Origin: Candidatus Saelkia tenebricola
GTDB lineage: Bacteria; Omnitrophota; Gorgyraeia; Kaelpiales; Kaelpiaceae
NCBI GenBank assembly: GCA_030765145.1
Contig: JAVCDA010000060.1
Location: 1-61,693 of the forward strand
Direction: 5' to 3'
DNA: 61,693 bases
In this document: piece by piece, positions 17,827 to 28,590 of the stretch
Layout: the number at the start of each line of letters is the position of its first letter
How positions within the stretch are numbered: the first letter of the stretch is position 1
Position numbers and translations under genes: made by a program
The notes under the pieces: model-generated
What the model was told of the DNA's origin: nothing
What the model saw: only the letters and a program-made list of their open reading frames with translations
The model's database searches: none

Positions 17827-19194
17827 TTGATAATGAAATCTTCAGACAATTTAGGTCTGCCGACGGAGCAGATTCCGCCTCAGAATATTGAAGCTGAGAT
17901 TGCAGTGTTAGGCTCGATGCTTCAATCTGAAGATGCAATTGCTCAGGCAATTGAAATCTTGGATGAAAGCTATTTTTATAAAAATACACATCAGAAAATA
18001 TTTACAACTGTAGTTGAGCTTTATGATAAAAATTCTCCTGTAGATTTACTAACGCTTTCAGAAGAACTCCAAAAGAGATCTTTTTTAGATGATGTTGGAG
18101 GTCCGGCGTATTTAGCTACTATTGCCAATGCTGTTCCTTCCGCTGCCAATATTTCTCACTATGCCAGGATTGTTAAAGAAAAATACATTTTACGTGCTTT
18201 AGTCAATAATTCGACTAAAATTATTAAGAAGTGCCACGAGCCCGTAGAAAATATTGATTCTTTATTGGATGAGTCGGAACAGGCTATCTTTGAAATAGTT
18301 GGTCATAAGATGGAAGGGAAAATTATTTCAATGAAGGATCTTATCAAGTCTAGCATTACCACCATTGATAATCTTTATCAAAGACAGAGTCAGATTACAG
18401 GTGTCCCGACCAGTTTTACTGAATTTGATTCGCTTACAGCCGGATTACAAAATTCCGATTTAATAATAGCTGCTGGAAGGCCTTCTATGGGTAAATCTGC
18501 TTTTGTCTGTTGTATTGCTGAACATGTGGCATTAGAAGAAAATTTAGGAGTTGCCATATTTAGTCTTGAAATGTCAAAAGAACAATTGGTCCATAGGATA
18601 CTTTGTTCTCATGCTCATGTCAATGCTCATAAAGTAAGGCGTGGATTTTTAACTCCGGAAGACTGGCCTAAACTTACAAGTGCTGCTGGCAAACTTGCAG
18701 ATGCGCCGATTTATATCGATGATACTGCAGGAACCAGCATTTTGGAATTGCGGGCAAAAGCAAGGAGGCTTAAGGCTCATCATGATATTAAACTTATAAT
18801 TGTGGATTATATGCAGTTAATGAGGTCTTCACGCAGATTTGAGAATAGACAGCAGGAAATTTCGGAAATTTCACGCAGTTTAAAGGATTTAGCTAGAGAA
18901 CTAAAAGTTCCTCTTGTTGCTGTTAGTCAGCTTTCCCGCGCTGCTGAAATGAGACAGGATCACAGACCACAGTTGTCGGATTTAAGAGAATCAGGTGCTA
19001 TAGAGCAGGATGCCGATGTTGTAGTGCTGTTATATAGAGAGGAATATTATCATCCTACCGAAGAGAATGCAGGGGTATCTGAAGTGATAATTGCTAAACA
19101 GAGAAACGGCCCTGTAGATACTATTAAGCTTGCCTTTATAAAGGAGTATACAAGATTTGAAAATCTTTATAAAATGGAGGTTAATTTAAGTTGA
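17827..19194 (+). CDS. dnaB: Replicative DNA helicase
   Basis: PPQNIEAEIAVLGSML, Walker A GRPSMGKSAF, IVDYMQLM, SQLSRAAE.R.DHRPQLSDLRESGAIEQDADVV. The start is TTG 17827 or ATG 17833. Confidence 0.95.
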   Translation: MIMKSSDNLGLPTEQIPPQNIEAEIAVLGSMLQSEDAIAQAIEILDESYFYKNTHQKIFTTVVELYDKNSPVDLLTLSEELQKRSFLDDVGGPAYLATIANAVPSAANISHYARIVKEKYILRALVNNSTKIIKKCHEPVENIDSLLDESEQAIFEIVGHKMEGKIISMKDLIKSSITTIDNLYQRQSQITGVPTSFTEFDSLTAGLQNSDLIIAAGRPSMGKSAFVCCIAEHVALEENLGVAIFSLEMSKEQLVHRILCSHAHVNAHKVRRGFLTPEDWPKLTSAAGKLADAPIYIDDTAGTSILELRAKARRLKAHHDIKLIIVDYMQLMRSSRRFENRQQEISEISRSLKDLARELKVPLVAVSQLSRAAEMRQDHRPQLSDLRESGAIEQDADVVVLLYREEYYHPTEENAGVSEVIIAKQRNGPVDTIKLAFIKEYTRFENLYKMEVNLS

Positions 19195-21476
19195 AAGTAA
19201 AAATAATATTTTTTATTCTGGGGTTATTTTTTGTCGTAGCATTTTCCTGTAGTTTTGCTCAAGAGAACCCGACTATCTTAGATGTTAAAGTAGTCGGCAA
19301 TACTAATGTCAGTGAATCTGCTATTATTGCGAAAATTAAAGTAAGGCCTGGACAGTTTTTCTCACAACAACTGATAGATGAAGATATCAAGCGTCTTTAT
19401 GCTACAGGATTTTTTGTCGATGTAGCAGTAGACGTCAGAGAGAAAGCAGATGGTATTATTGTGCTTTTGCATGTCCAAGAAGCTCCCTATGTTAGTGAGG
19501 TAATAATTAATGGAAGCCGGGTTTTTAGAGAAGAAAAACTTCAACAATGGATTAAAACTAAATCAGGACAGTTTTTAGATAAATGGCAGTTAAAAACAGA
19601 TTTGGAAGAAATAAAGATAAGGTATCTGGAAAAAGGTTATGCCGAAGTTGTTTTAGATTATGAATTAGAAATTGAGAAGGAGACTAATAAGGCTAAGGTT
19701 AAAATATTGGTAAATGAAGGGGGCAGGACTAAGATACGAAAGATTAATATCTCGGGTGTTGAGGCTTTTAAGAAAAAAAGGCTATCTAAACTCCTAAAGA
19801 CTAGAACCAAAACTTGGTTTCGCTCAGGTGCGTATAAGGAGGATGTATTAAAGGAAGATCTGGAGAAGATTGTTGATTTTTACAAAAGGAATGGTTATTT
19901 AGATGTCGATGTGGATTCAGATTTCCAACATGATGAAAAGGGAAGGTTGCTATTATCCATTAATATAAATGAAGGCAAGCAATATAAAGTTGGCGATGTG
20001 GAAATTGAAGGAATTAAAGCTTTTCCTAAAGAGGAATTAAGAGGGGTATTGAAGCTAAGTAGAGATGATATTTTTAGTTATCAAGCTCTGAAAATAGATA
20101 CTCAATCTTTGCAGGATTTTTATTTTGACAGAGGTTATATCAAAGCTTATATCGAGACAGTGCCAACAGTTAATCCTGATACGGGATTGGTAGATATAAC
20201 GTATCAGCTGGATGAAAAAGATATTCATTATGTTAACAAGATAGAGATTAAAGGGAATGTCAAAACAAAAGATATGGTTATAAGGCGGGAATTAAAGCTG
20301 CATCCCGGTGATAAATTTGATGGTAACAAAATTAAAAGATCTCGTCAGAGATTAGAAAATCTTGGATATTTTGAAGAGATTGATTTCGATGTTTTAACTA
20401 CGGGGGAGGAGAACAAGGAAGATTTATTGGTCAGGGTAAAAGAGTCTAAGACCGGTGAATTTAGCTTTGGGGCTGGATATAGCTCTGTGGATGAATTTGT
20501 TGGTTTCATAGAGCTTTCACAGAGAAACTTTGACATAGCCAATCCGCCTACATTTACAGGCGCAGGCCAGAAAATTGCTTTACGTACAGAAATGGGAACT
20601 ACCAGGAATGATTATGAGCTGAGTTTTACAGAGCCTTGGATTTTTGGATATCCATATCTGTTTGGATGTGATCTTTATCAATATAGTAGGGAGAGAGAAA
20701 GAGATGTTGGTTATGCCTGGGATGAAGAAAAGAGAGGGTTTGCTTTTAGGTTTGGTAAGGAACTTACAGAGTATAACAGTCTGTATCTAAGAACGAGATT
20801 TGACAAAATAAAAATATCCAATGTTGCTGATGATGTTTCTCAAGCTTTGCAAGATGAAGCTGGTTCAAAGAGTTTGCATGCAATGAAGTTAACTTTTGCC
20901 AGGGATAAAAGAGATAATATATTTGATACTACGCAAGGATACTATTTCAATGTTAGCATAGAAAACGTTGGTGGTTTGACAGGAGGAGATGTTGATTTTA
21001 TCCGCCAAACAAATCAATTTAGTCAGTATTATTCATTGCGTGAAAATTGGGTTTTAAATTTTAGGATTAGATCTGGTATAATAGACGTTTATGATGATAC
21101 TAGTGTTATACCATTGTATGAAAGATTTTTTGTAGGAGGTGCATATAGCGTTAGAGGTTATGATGAAAGGTCAATTGGTCCTAAAGATTCGGTTAAAACA
21201 ACTGATCCTGTTGGTGGAGAAGCTATGCTGGTTGGAAATATAGAGCTTAATTTTCCTGTGTATGAAAATATTACAGGAGCTGTTTTTTATGATGTAGGTA
21301 ATGTTTGGGCAAAGAAGAGTGATTTTGCTTCCAGTGGGTACAAATCTAGTGTAGGGGTTGGTGTGCGATTAAAAACCCCCATAGGACCTATTAAGCTTGA
21401 TTATGGGTATGGTTTAGATACTGATCCTAGCGATCCAAGTGGTAAGCTACATTTTAGTATGGGACATAAATTTTAA
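19191..21476 (+). CDS. bamA: Outer membrane protein assembly factor BamA
   Basis: Signal peptide, five POTRA-like repeats (I..I.V.GN....), and a C-terminal Omp85 barrel (RFFVGGAYSVRGY, ending ..HFSMGHKF). Confidence 0.9.
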   Translation: MKVKIIFFILGLFFVVAFSCSFAQENPTILDVKVVGNTNVSESAIIAKIKVRPGQFFSQQLIDEDIKRLYATGFFVDVAVDVREKADGIIVLLHVQEAPYVSEVIINGSRVFREEKLQQWIKTKSGQFLDKWQLKTDLEEIKIRYLEKGYAEVVLDYELEIEKETNKAKVKILVNEGGRTKIRKINISGVEAFKKKRLSKLLKTRTKTWFRSGAYKEDVLKEDLEKIVDFYKRNGYLDVDVDSDFQHDEKGRLLLSININEGKQYKVGDVEIEGIKAFPKEELRGVLKLSRDDIFSYQALKIDTQSLQDFYFDRGYIKAYIETVPTVNPDTGLVDITYQLDEKDIHYVNKIEIKGNVKTKDMVIRRELKLHPGDKFDGNKIKRSRQRLENLGYFEEIDFDVLTTGEENKEDLLVRVKESKTGEFSFGAGYSSVDEFVGFIELSQRNFDIANPPTFTGAGQKIALRTEMGTTRNDYELSFTEPWIFGYPYLFGCDLYQYSRERERDVGYAWDEEKRGFAFRFGKELTEYNSLYLRTRFDKIKISNVADDVSQALQDEAGSKSLHAMKLTFARDKRDNIFDTTQGYYFNVSIENVGGLTGGDVDFIRQTNQFSQYYSLRENWVLNFRIRSGIIDVYDDTSVIPLYERFFVGGAYSVRGYDERSIGPKDSVKTTDPVGGEAMLVGNIELNFPVYENITGAVFYDVGNVWAKKSDFASSGYKSSVGVGVRLKTPIGPIKLDYGYGLDTDPSDPSGKLHFSMGHKF

Positions 21477-21488
21477 AAGGAGGAAGAA

Positions 21489-22004
21489 ATGAGGAAGCAT
21501 ATTTTGGTGATAATGTCTTTAATGTTAATGGGTTTTGTAGCAAATAATTGCCAGGCTGCGGAAAAAAATGCTTGCATAAATCTAGAGATGGTTTTTAATG
21601 AATATCAGAAGACTAAAGATGAAGAGGCAAAGCTTACTCAGATTGGTGAAGAGAAACAAAAAGAGATAGATGTTAAGCTTAAAGAGATTGACCAGATGGA
21701 AGAAGATATGGATTTGATGAATGATAGTGAAAAAGAAAAGATGAAAGTAAAATTGGATAAAAAAATGGAAGAACTTAGGCAGTTTGATCGTCAAATAAGA
21801 GCGGATTTAATGCGTCAAAGAAATGAAATTATAAAAGGTATTTTGGATGAGATAGATAATACGGTTCAAGAATATGGTAAATCAAAGGGATATAATATTA
21901 TTTTTAACAGTAGGACGGCGATTTTATATCAAAATAAAAATTTAGATATTACGCAAACAATGATAGAATATTTAAATAAAAGTTATAAAAAGAGGAAAAA
22001 GTGA
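21489..22004 (+). CDS. skp: Periplasmic chaperone Skp/OmpH
   Basis: 171 aa with a signal peptide and long K/E-rich coiled arms, positioned between bamA and lpxD. Confidence 0.7.
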   Translation: MRKHILVIMSLMLMGFVANNCQAAEKNACINLEMVFNEYQKTKDEEAKLTQIGEEKQKEIDVKLKEIDQMEEDMDLMNDSEKEKMKVKLDKKMEELRQFDRQIRADLMRQRNEIIKGILDEIDNTVQEYGKSKGYNIIFNSRTAILYQNKNLDITQTMIEYLNKSYKKRKK

Positions 22005-23098
22005 GTTCAAAGTCTATTTATGATGAAAATGGGTTTCGTCCTTCTATCAATATGTCTTTAACTCGTATTGCGGAGTTGATAGATGCCGAAATCGTAGGAG
22101 ATGGGAATGTTCTTATTACAGGTATATCTGGGATAAAAGAAGCTCAGAAAGGGGATATCACTTTTGTAGCAAACCCCAAGTATGTTTCTTTAATAAGTAC
22201 AACACATGCTTCAGCAATTATTACATCGCGTGATGTTGAAAAAGCGGAGAAGCCCATAATAAGAACAGATGATCCTTCGATTGCTTTTTCTAAATTGGTT
22301 TCTATTTTTTCTCCTGATGAGAAAAAAGTGGCTCCAGGTGTTCATCCGACTGCAGTAATCGGTAAAGATGTTATACTTGGAAAAAATATATCTATACAGC
22401 CTTATGTTGTAATATCCGATGGAGTAGTTATTGGAGATAATACTGTTTTACATGCTAGTGTTTATGTCGGGCATCACAGTAGAATAGGTTCTAATTGTCT
22501 TATTCATCCTCATGTTACCATTAGGGAAAGAGTTACTATTAAAAATCGAATTATTATTCATTCAGGTACTGTAATCGGTAGTGATGGGTTTGGATATGCA
22601 ACAGTTAAGGATGTTCATTATAAAATTTCTCAAATCGGGACTGTTTATATTGATGATGATGTTGAAATCGGTGCTAATGTTACAATTGACAGAGCTCGTT
22701 TTGGCAGAACTCATATTAAGAGGGGAACGAAGATAGACAATCTTGTTCAAATTGCACATAATGTAGAAATTGGAGAAAATTCTATAATTGTAGCTCAATC
22801 CGGTATTTCAGGAAGTACGTTGATTGGTAAGGGTGTAATTTTAGCGGGACAATCCGGTGTTGTGGGGCATATTTCAATCGGGGACAATGCCAGAGTTGCA
22901 GCTCAGGCTGGCGTTACAAAATCTGTCCCTTCTGGTGAAGTTGTTTCAGGATATCCTGCCAGGCCTCATGGTACGGCTAAGAGGATAAATGCCTGTGTCC
23001 AAAAATTGCCTGATTTTTATAAATGTGTGAAGAGTTTACAAGAGAAAGTTAAGAAGTTAGAAGAGGAGCTTAAAAGTCTACAAGTAAAGGCATCTTAA
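22001..23098 (+). CDS. lpxD: UDP-3-O-acylglucosamine N-acyltransferase
   Basis: N-terminal ..LTRIAELIDAEIVGDGN..ITGISGIKEAQKGDITFVANPKY, followed by hexapeptide repeats. GTG 22001 is preceded by AGAGGA. ATG 22052 is an alternative start. Confidence 0.9.
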   Translation: MSSKSIYDENGFRPSINMSLTRIAELIDAEIVGDGNVLITGISGIKEAQKGDITFVANPKYVSLISTTHASAIITSRDVEKAEKPIIRTDDPSIAFSKLVSIFSPDEKKVAPGVHPTAVIGKDVILGKNISIQPYVVISDGVVIGDNTVLHASVYVGHHSRIGSNCLIHPHVTIRERVTIKNRIIIHSGTVIGSDGFGYATVKDVHYKISQIGTVYIDDDVEIGANVTIDRARFGRTHIKRGTKIDNLVQIAHNVEIGENSIIVAQSGISGSTLIGKGVILAGQSGVVGHISIGDNARVAAQAGVTKSVPSGEVVSGYPARPHGTAKRINACVQKLPDFYKCVKSLQEKVKKLEEELKSLQVKAS

Positions 23099-24415
23099 AT
23101 GGATCATCAACATACTATTTCCAAAGAAGTTGCTATTTCAGGCGTGGGTTTACACACCAATGAAAAAGTTTCATTGAATATTAAACCTGCTTTAGCTAAT
23201 CAGGGTATATGTTTCAGAAGAGTAGATATTAAAGGTTTGCCTCTCATACCTGCGCATATTTCTTATGTTTTGGATTTGACTCGAAGTTTGAGGCGTACAT
23301 CGATTGGTATAAATGATGTTGAGGTGCATACTATCGAACATCTTATGGCATCATTTGCGGCATTGAAGATTGACAATGTTTTAGTCGAGATAGATGGCAT
23401 TGAAGTTCCGGGTTTAGATGGTAGTGCAGCTCCTTTTATTGAAATTCTTAAATCCGCAGGATTAGTGGAACAACCTGATATACGTCGGGTTTATCAGATT
23501 AAAGAGCCTGTTTGGGTCGAAGACGGAGAAGCATCTTTAATGGCATTGCCAGGGAAGGAGCTTAAAGTTTCGTACCTTCTTAATTATGATCATCCTCAAC
23601 TGCAATCTCAATATGTAACTTATGTTGTTGAAAACAGTACTTTCGGGAAAGAAATAGCTCCTAGCAGAACGTTTTGTTTGGAAGAAGAAGCTGAAAAATT
23701 GACACAATTGGGGCTAGGAAAGGGTGCGGATTATAACAATACTCTTGTAGTTAGCAAAACAGGTGTTATTAATAATACATTTAGGCTGGATGATGAGCCG
23801 GCAAGACATAAAGTTTTGGATTTGATAGGAGATTTATACCTTATGGGGTGTACATTAGAGGCAAATATTATTGGAATTAAGAGTGGACACCCATTAAATA
23901 TAAGATTATTACGTCGAATTGAAGAGCAAAGCAAGAGGTTCTCGCAAGCAGGTATTCATACAGGTACGCTTGAAGATTTTAATTTGCCTCTTGAAGTTGA
24001 AGATATCAAACAAATACTTCCTCATAGGGAGCCATTTCTTTTTGTAGATAGAGTAATAGAACTAGAAGAAGGCAAGCGTTCTGTAGGTATCAAAAAATTA
24101 ACCCTCCATGATTATTTCTTTAAAGGTCATTTCCCAGGGCGTCCTGTTATGCCTGGAGTGATTATTGTAGAAGCATTAGCTCAGGTTTCGGGTATACTTA
24201 TGTTAAGTCAGAAAGAACATAGGGGTAAACTAGCGTTTTTTATGGGGATAGATAGAGTAAGGTTTAGAAAGCCGGTATTACCAGGAGATGAATTGAGATT
24301 AGAAGTTGAAATTGGAAGGTTGAGAACCAAGACAGGGGAAATGCATACGCGAGCATTGGTGGAAGGTAAAGTTGTAGCTGAGGCGACACTTTTATTTGCA
24401 TTAGTCGAAAGGTAA
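23099..24415 (+). CDS. lpxC/fabZ: Bifunctional UDP-3-O-acyl-GlcNAc deacetylase / 3-hydroxyacyl-ACP dehydratase
   Basis: The LpxC half has GVGLHTNEKV, HTIEHLMA, HKVLDLIGDL. The FabZ half has LPHREPFLFVDRV, HFPGRPVMPGVIIVEALAQ. Confidence 0.9.
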   Translation: MDHQHTISKEVAISGVGLHTNEKVSLNIKPALANQGICFRRVDIKGLPLIPAHISYVLDLTRSLRRTSIGINDVEVHTIEHLMASFAALKIDNVLVEIDGIEVPGLDGSAAPFIEILKSAGLVEQPDIRRVYQIKEPVWVEDGEASLMALPGKELKVSYLLNYDHPQLQSQYVTYVVENSTFGKEIAPSRTFCLEEEAEKLTQLGLGKGADYNNTLVVSKTGVINNTFRLDDEPARHKVLDLIGDLYLMGCTLEANIIGIKSGHPLNIRLLRRIEEQSKRFSQAGIHTGTLEDFNLPLEVEDIKQILPHREPFLFVDRVIELEEGKRSVGIKKLTLHDYFFKGHFPGRPVMPGVIIVEALAQVSGILMLSQKEHRGKLAFFMGIDRVRFRKPVLPGDELRLEVEIGRLRTKTGEMHTRALVEGKVVAEATLLFALVER

Positions 24416-24417
24416 AA

Positions 24418-25188
24418 ATGATTCATCCTACCGTAATTATTAGTAAGAAAGCAAAAATATCTTCAAAAGTTGAAATAGGTCCATATGTTGTTATTGGAGA
24501 TAATGTTGAGATAGGGGCTGGCACAAAAATAGATTCTTTTTGTACTTTAACGGGCCATACTGTTATAGGTAAAAATAATCATATATTTTCTAATGCTGTA
24601 TTAGGTAGTATCCCTCAAGATTTGAAATATAAAGGTGAAGAAAGTCATCTTTTTATTGGAGATAACAATAAAATCAGGGAATTTGTTACGATTAATGTTG
24701 GAACTTCTAATGGTGGTGGCAAGACAATTATAGGGAATAATAATCTTATTATGGCTTATGCTCATATTGCACACGATTGTATTATTAATAACCATACTAT
24801 TATTGCAAATGCAGGTACGCTTGCAGGACATGTAGATGTTGAAGATAATGCTGTAATTGGAGGTTTGACGGGTATACATCAATTTGTAAAAATCGGCAGG
24901 TTTTCTATTATTGGAGGGTGTTCGAAAGTTGTCCAAGATATACCTCCTTATTCAACTTGTGATGGTCATCCTGCTAAGATACGGGGAGTAAATATTGTAG
25001 GTCTTAGAAGATCAGGTTTTGACAGTAATAGCAGGAGTGTTTTAAAAGAGGCTTTTAAAATACTTTTTTCATCAGGCCATCCAATAACCGAAGGGATAGA
25101 TATTTTAAAAAATGAACTTTCTGAAACTGAGGAAATAAAGTATTTAGTGGAATTTATTCAAAATTCTAAGAGAGGGATATGTATTTAA
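24418..25188 (+). CDS. lpxA: Acyl-ACP--UDP-GlcNAc O-acyltransferase
   Basis: IHPTVIIS..A.I...V.IGPY..IG, hexapeptide repeats, ..GLRRSGF... Confidence 0.9.
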   Translation: MIHPTVIISKKAKISSKVEIGPYVVIGDNVEIGAGTKIDSFCTLTGHTVIGKNNHIFSNAVLGSIPQDLKYKGEESHLFIGDNNKIREFVTINVGTSNGGGKTIIGNNNLIMAYAHIAHDCIINNHTIIANAGTLAGHVDVEDNAVIGGLTGIHQFVKIGRFSIIGGCSKVVQDIPPYSTCDGHPAKIRGVNIVGLRRSGFDSNSRSVLKEAFKILFSSGHPITEGIDILKNELSETEEIKYLVEFIQNSKRGICI

Positions 25189-26000
25189 CTCCCGATTTTC
25201 CCAAAAGAATAGGTTTAATAGCAGGGGGCACGAATTATCCGGTTCTTTTATCCAAAGAGGCGAAGAAAAAGAATGTAGATGTTTATGCTGTGGGGATCAA
25301 GGGGTTAACTTCCAAAACTGTAGAGGAGCATGTTAAAGAGATTATCTGGATTGAATTTGGAGAATTGGTACCTTTGATAAAATTTTTTAAAAAGAATAAG
25401 ATTAAATATGCAATTATGGCTGGAAATGTAAAAAAAGCAGATCTTTTTAAAGATATAAAGTTAGATGTTTTAACTCATCAGATTCTCAATGATACAAATG
25501 ATAAATCAGATATGAATCTTTTAGCTGTTGCAGCTAATATACTTAAAAAAAGTCATGTTGAACTTATAGATGCCAGGACATTTTTAGAAGAATATATTCC
25601 TAAAAAAGGGTGTTTAACTAAAAACGCTCCAAATTCACATGAATGGGAAGATATTATGTTCGGCTGGAAGTTAGCAAAATCGATCTCAGCTTTTGATGTT
25701 GGATTAACAGTAGCTGTTAAAGATAAAGTTGTTTTATCTATTGAGGCAATTGAAGGGACAAATGAGGCTCTTAAACGAGCTGTGAAGTATGGAGGGGATA
25801 GTTTTGTAGTAGTTAAAGTAGCTCGTCCTAATCAAGATATGAGGTTTGAGTTGCCTGTTGTAGGCCTTGAGACAATAAAACTCCTAAAACAAGTGAAAGC
25901 AAAAGTCATGGCAATTGAGGCAGAGAAGACACTTTTTTTTGATATTAAAGAAGCAATTAAAGTAGCTGATAAAAATAAAATTTCTATAATAGCTGTATAG
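25179..26000 (+). CDS. lpxI: UDP-2,3-diacylglucosamine pyrophosphatase LpxI (DUF1009)
   Basis: RIGLIAGGTNYPVLL.., ..DVGLTVAVKDKVVLSIEAIEGTNEALKR.., immediately after lpxA. Confidence 0.7.
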   Translation: MYLTPDFPKRIGLIAGGTNYPVLLSKEAKKKNVDVYAVGIKGLTSKTVEEHVKEIIWIEFGELVPLIKFFKKNKIKYAIMAGNVKKADLFKDIKLDVLTHQILNDTNDKSDMNLLAVAANILKKSHVELIDARTFLEEYIPKKGCLTKNAPNSHEWEDIMFGWKLAKSISAFDVGLTVAVKDKVVLSIEAIEGTNEALKRAVKYGGDSFVVVKVARPNQDMRFELPVVGLETIKLLKQVKAKVMAIEAEKTLFFDIKEAIKVADKNKISIIAV

Positions 26001-26077
26001 GGTAATCTAATAGCTCTTTTTTCTGGGAGCATATTTTAATAGAAAAACAGTTTCTTTTTTATTATAGTAATATCACT

Positions 26078-27925
26078 ATGTTAACCTACGAAAAACAATA
26101 CGATATCATTGTTGTTGGAGCTGGGCATGCTGGGTGTGAAGCAGCTTTAGCAGCTGCGCGTATGGGGTGTGCGACACTTCTTTTAACGATGAATTTGGAT
26201 TTTATCGGGCAGATGTCATGTAATCCTGCAATAGGTGGGGTTGGTAAAGGTCAGCTTGTAAAAGAGATAGATGCTTTGGGTGGTGAGATGGCACGAGCTA
26301 TTGATGCTACGGGTATACAATTTAAGATTTTAAATTCATCTAAAGGAGCTGCTGTTCGTTCAACTCGAGCTCAAGCAGATAAATCGTTATACAGGTTATA
26401 TATGAAGCAAGTGGTTGAAGCAGAGGAGAATCTGGATGCTAAACAGTTTAAAATAGATGATTTAATTGTTAAGAATAAAACAGTAAAAGGTGTAGTTACA
26501 AAAGAAGGTATTATTTTTAAAAGCAAATGTGTAATTATTACCCCGGGAACATTTTTAGGCGGTTTGATTCATATAGGACTGGATAACTATCCTGCCGGGC
26601 GCTTGGGGGAGGAATCTAGTATAGGATTATCCAAGGCTTTAAGTAGATTAGGTTTTAAATCAGGCAGGTTTAAAACGGGAACGCCTCCGCGGCTTGATAA
26701 AAGAACTATTAATTTTTCCGAACTGAATGCTCAGCATGGAGATGAACCGGTTCCGTTTTTTTCTTTCTGGACTGAAGGAAAAGAGGTGGAACAAATTCCG
26801 TGTTATATGACTTATACTAATAAAAAAACTCATAAAATTATTAAAGATAATTTGGATCGTTCACCGCTTTATACAGGTAAAATTAAGGCGACAGGAGTAA
26901 GGTATTGCCCTTCAATTGAGGATAAAGTTGTTAAATTTCCGAAGCGCGAGAGGCATTTAGTGTTTTTAGAACCTGAGGGGCGCAATACTAGTGAATATTA
27001 TCCTAATGGAATTTCGACCTCGTTACCTTTAGATGTGCAAATTAAAATGTTGAGGACTATTCCGGGGTTAGAGAGAGCAGATTTTACAAGGCCTGGGTAT
27101 GGTATTGAACATGATTTCATAGACCCCAGGCAGCTTTATCCGACGTTGGAAACAAAATTAATTAAGAACCTATATTTGTCTGGTCAGATTAACGGAACAA
27201 CGGGTTATGAAGAAGCGGCAGCTCAAGGACTGATTGCAGGTATTAATGCGGTTTTAAATATTAAGGAGAAGGCGAGGTTTGTATTAGATAGGTCTCAAGC
27301 CTATATTGGTGTTTTAATAGATGAATTAACAACTAAGGGGACGGATGAGCCGTTTAGAATGATGACTTCCCGGGTTGAATTCAGGCTTCTTTTGCGTGAA
27401 GATAATTCTGTTTTAAGATTAAGTGGGGCAGGATATAAGATTGGGCTATTAGCGGAGGAAAAATATAAGCAGACGGAAGAATTTAGAAAATCGATAAAAA
27501 AAGCTTCTGTTTATTTTTCAGATAAGAAGTTAAAACCTCACGATGCATACAATAAATTTGGAAGCAAACAGGCTTTAAGCTTCTATGACATTCTTAAGAG
27601 ACCGGAAATCAATTTAACACATATCAAGATAATAGATAATAATCTGGATGAATTTTCAGAGAGGGTTTTAAATCAAGTGCAGATAGATGTAAAATATGAG
27701 GGTTATATTGAAAGGCAGTTGAAGGAGATATCTGAGTTCAGAAAGATAGAGCGTATAAAATTACCCAGAGAACTTGATTATGAACAAGTACCATGTCTTT
27801 CACTAGAAGTAGTGGAGAAACTGAACAAAATTAAGCCCATTAATTTAGGTCAGGCATCAAGAATTTCTGGGATCACACCTTCAGCGATTGCGCATTTAAT
27901 GGTCTGGTTGAAAAGAAAGTCATGA
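26078..27925 (+). CDS. mnmG: tRNA uridine 5-carboxymethylaminomethyl modification enzyme MnmG
   Basis: [60 protein letters not shown]. Confidence 0.95.
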   Translation: MLTYEKQYDIIVVGAGHAGCEAALAAARMGCATLLLTMNLDFIGQMSCNPAIGGVGKGQLVKEIDALGGEMARAIDATGIQFKILNSSKGAAVRSTRAQADKSLYRLYMKQVVEAEENLDAKQFKIDDLIVKNKTVKGVVTKEGIIFKSKCVIITPGTFLGGLIHIGLDNYPAGRLGEESSIGLSKALSRLGFKSGRFKTGTPPRLDKRTINFSELNAQHGDEPVPFFSFWTEGKEVEQIPCYMTYTNKKTHKIIKDNLDRSPLYTGKIKATGVRYCPSIEDKVVKFPKRERHLVFLEPEGRNTSEYYPNGISTSLPLDVQIKMLRTIPGLERADFTRPGYGIEHDFIDPRQLYPTLETKLIKNLYLSGQINGTTGYEEAAAQGLIAGINAVLNIKEKARFVLDRSQAYIGVLIDELTTKGTDEPFRMMTSRVEFRLLLREDNSVLRLSGAGYKIGLLAEEKYKQTEEFRKSIKKASVYFSDKKLKPHDAYNKFGSKQALSFYDILKRPEINLTHIKIIDNNLDEFSERVLNQVQIDVKYEGYIERQLKEISEFRKIERIKLPRELDYEQVPCLSLEVVEKLNKIKPINLGQASRISGITPSAIAHLMVWLKRKS

Positions 27926-28590
27926 AGGAAGATTTTATTGATAATTTTAAACTTGAAGTGCTAAATGCAGGAGCATCTGTTTTTGGTACGACTTGTATTA
28001 AAAACATTAAAGATAAATTCAATATTTCTAAAGATGAGATTAAAGATTTAAACTATGCAATTTCAATTGGTTTTAGGCTTTCAAGTAAAATTTTGGATTC
28101 TATTAAAGATCATCCCACGAAAATTTATTTTCATCATTACAAGATGGTTAACATGTTTTTAGACCAGTTGGCGCTTAAAATTACAGCTATTTTGCAAAAT
28201 GAAAATAATCTTGCATTTCCGATTCCTGCATCTCAGATAGTTGAATGGAAGAGTCAGACTGCACATTTATCACATAAAGAAGTGGCTTATTTAGCCGGTT
28301 TGGGCTGGATTGGGAGAAATAATTTATTAGTTACTCCGGAATATGGAGCTCAGGTGAGGTTTGTTACGATTCTTACTGATTTAAAGTTACCCCAAGGGGA
28401 AACTATGGATTTTAATTGTGGAGATTGTTTCGATTGTATTGAAACCTGTCCGGCTCAAGCAATAAAAGAATTACCTTCTGAGTTTGATCACATCTCCTGT
28501 TATAATAAGTTAGATGAGTTCAAGAAGAAAAATTTTGTAGGGCAACATATTTGCGGAATTTGTGTGAGATCATGCAGGAAAAAGGTATAA
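27922..28590 (+). CDS. Short QueG-related 2x[4Fe-4S] protein (epoxyqueuosine reductase / reductive dehalogenase superfamily)
   Basis: [35 protein letters not shown] matches the QueG core, followed by [12 protein letters not shown] and CGICVRSC. At 222 aa it is much shorter than canonical QueG. Confidence 0.45.
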   Translation: MKEDFIDNFKLEVLNAGASVFGTTCIKNIKDKFNISKDEIKDLNYAISIGFRLSSKILDSIKDHPTKIYFHHYKMVNMFLDQLALKITAILQNENNLAFPIPASQIVEWKSQTAHLSHKEVAYLAGLGWIGRNNLLVTPEYGAQVRFVTILTDLKLPQGETMDFNCGDCFDCIETCPAQAIKELPSEFDHISCYNKLDEFKKKNFVGQHICGICVRSCRKKV

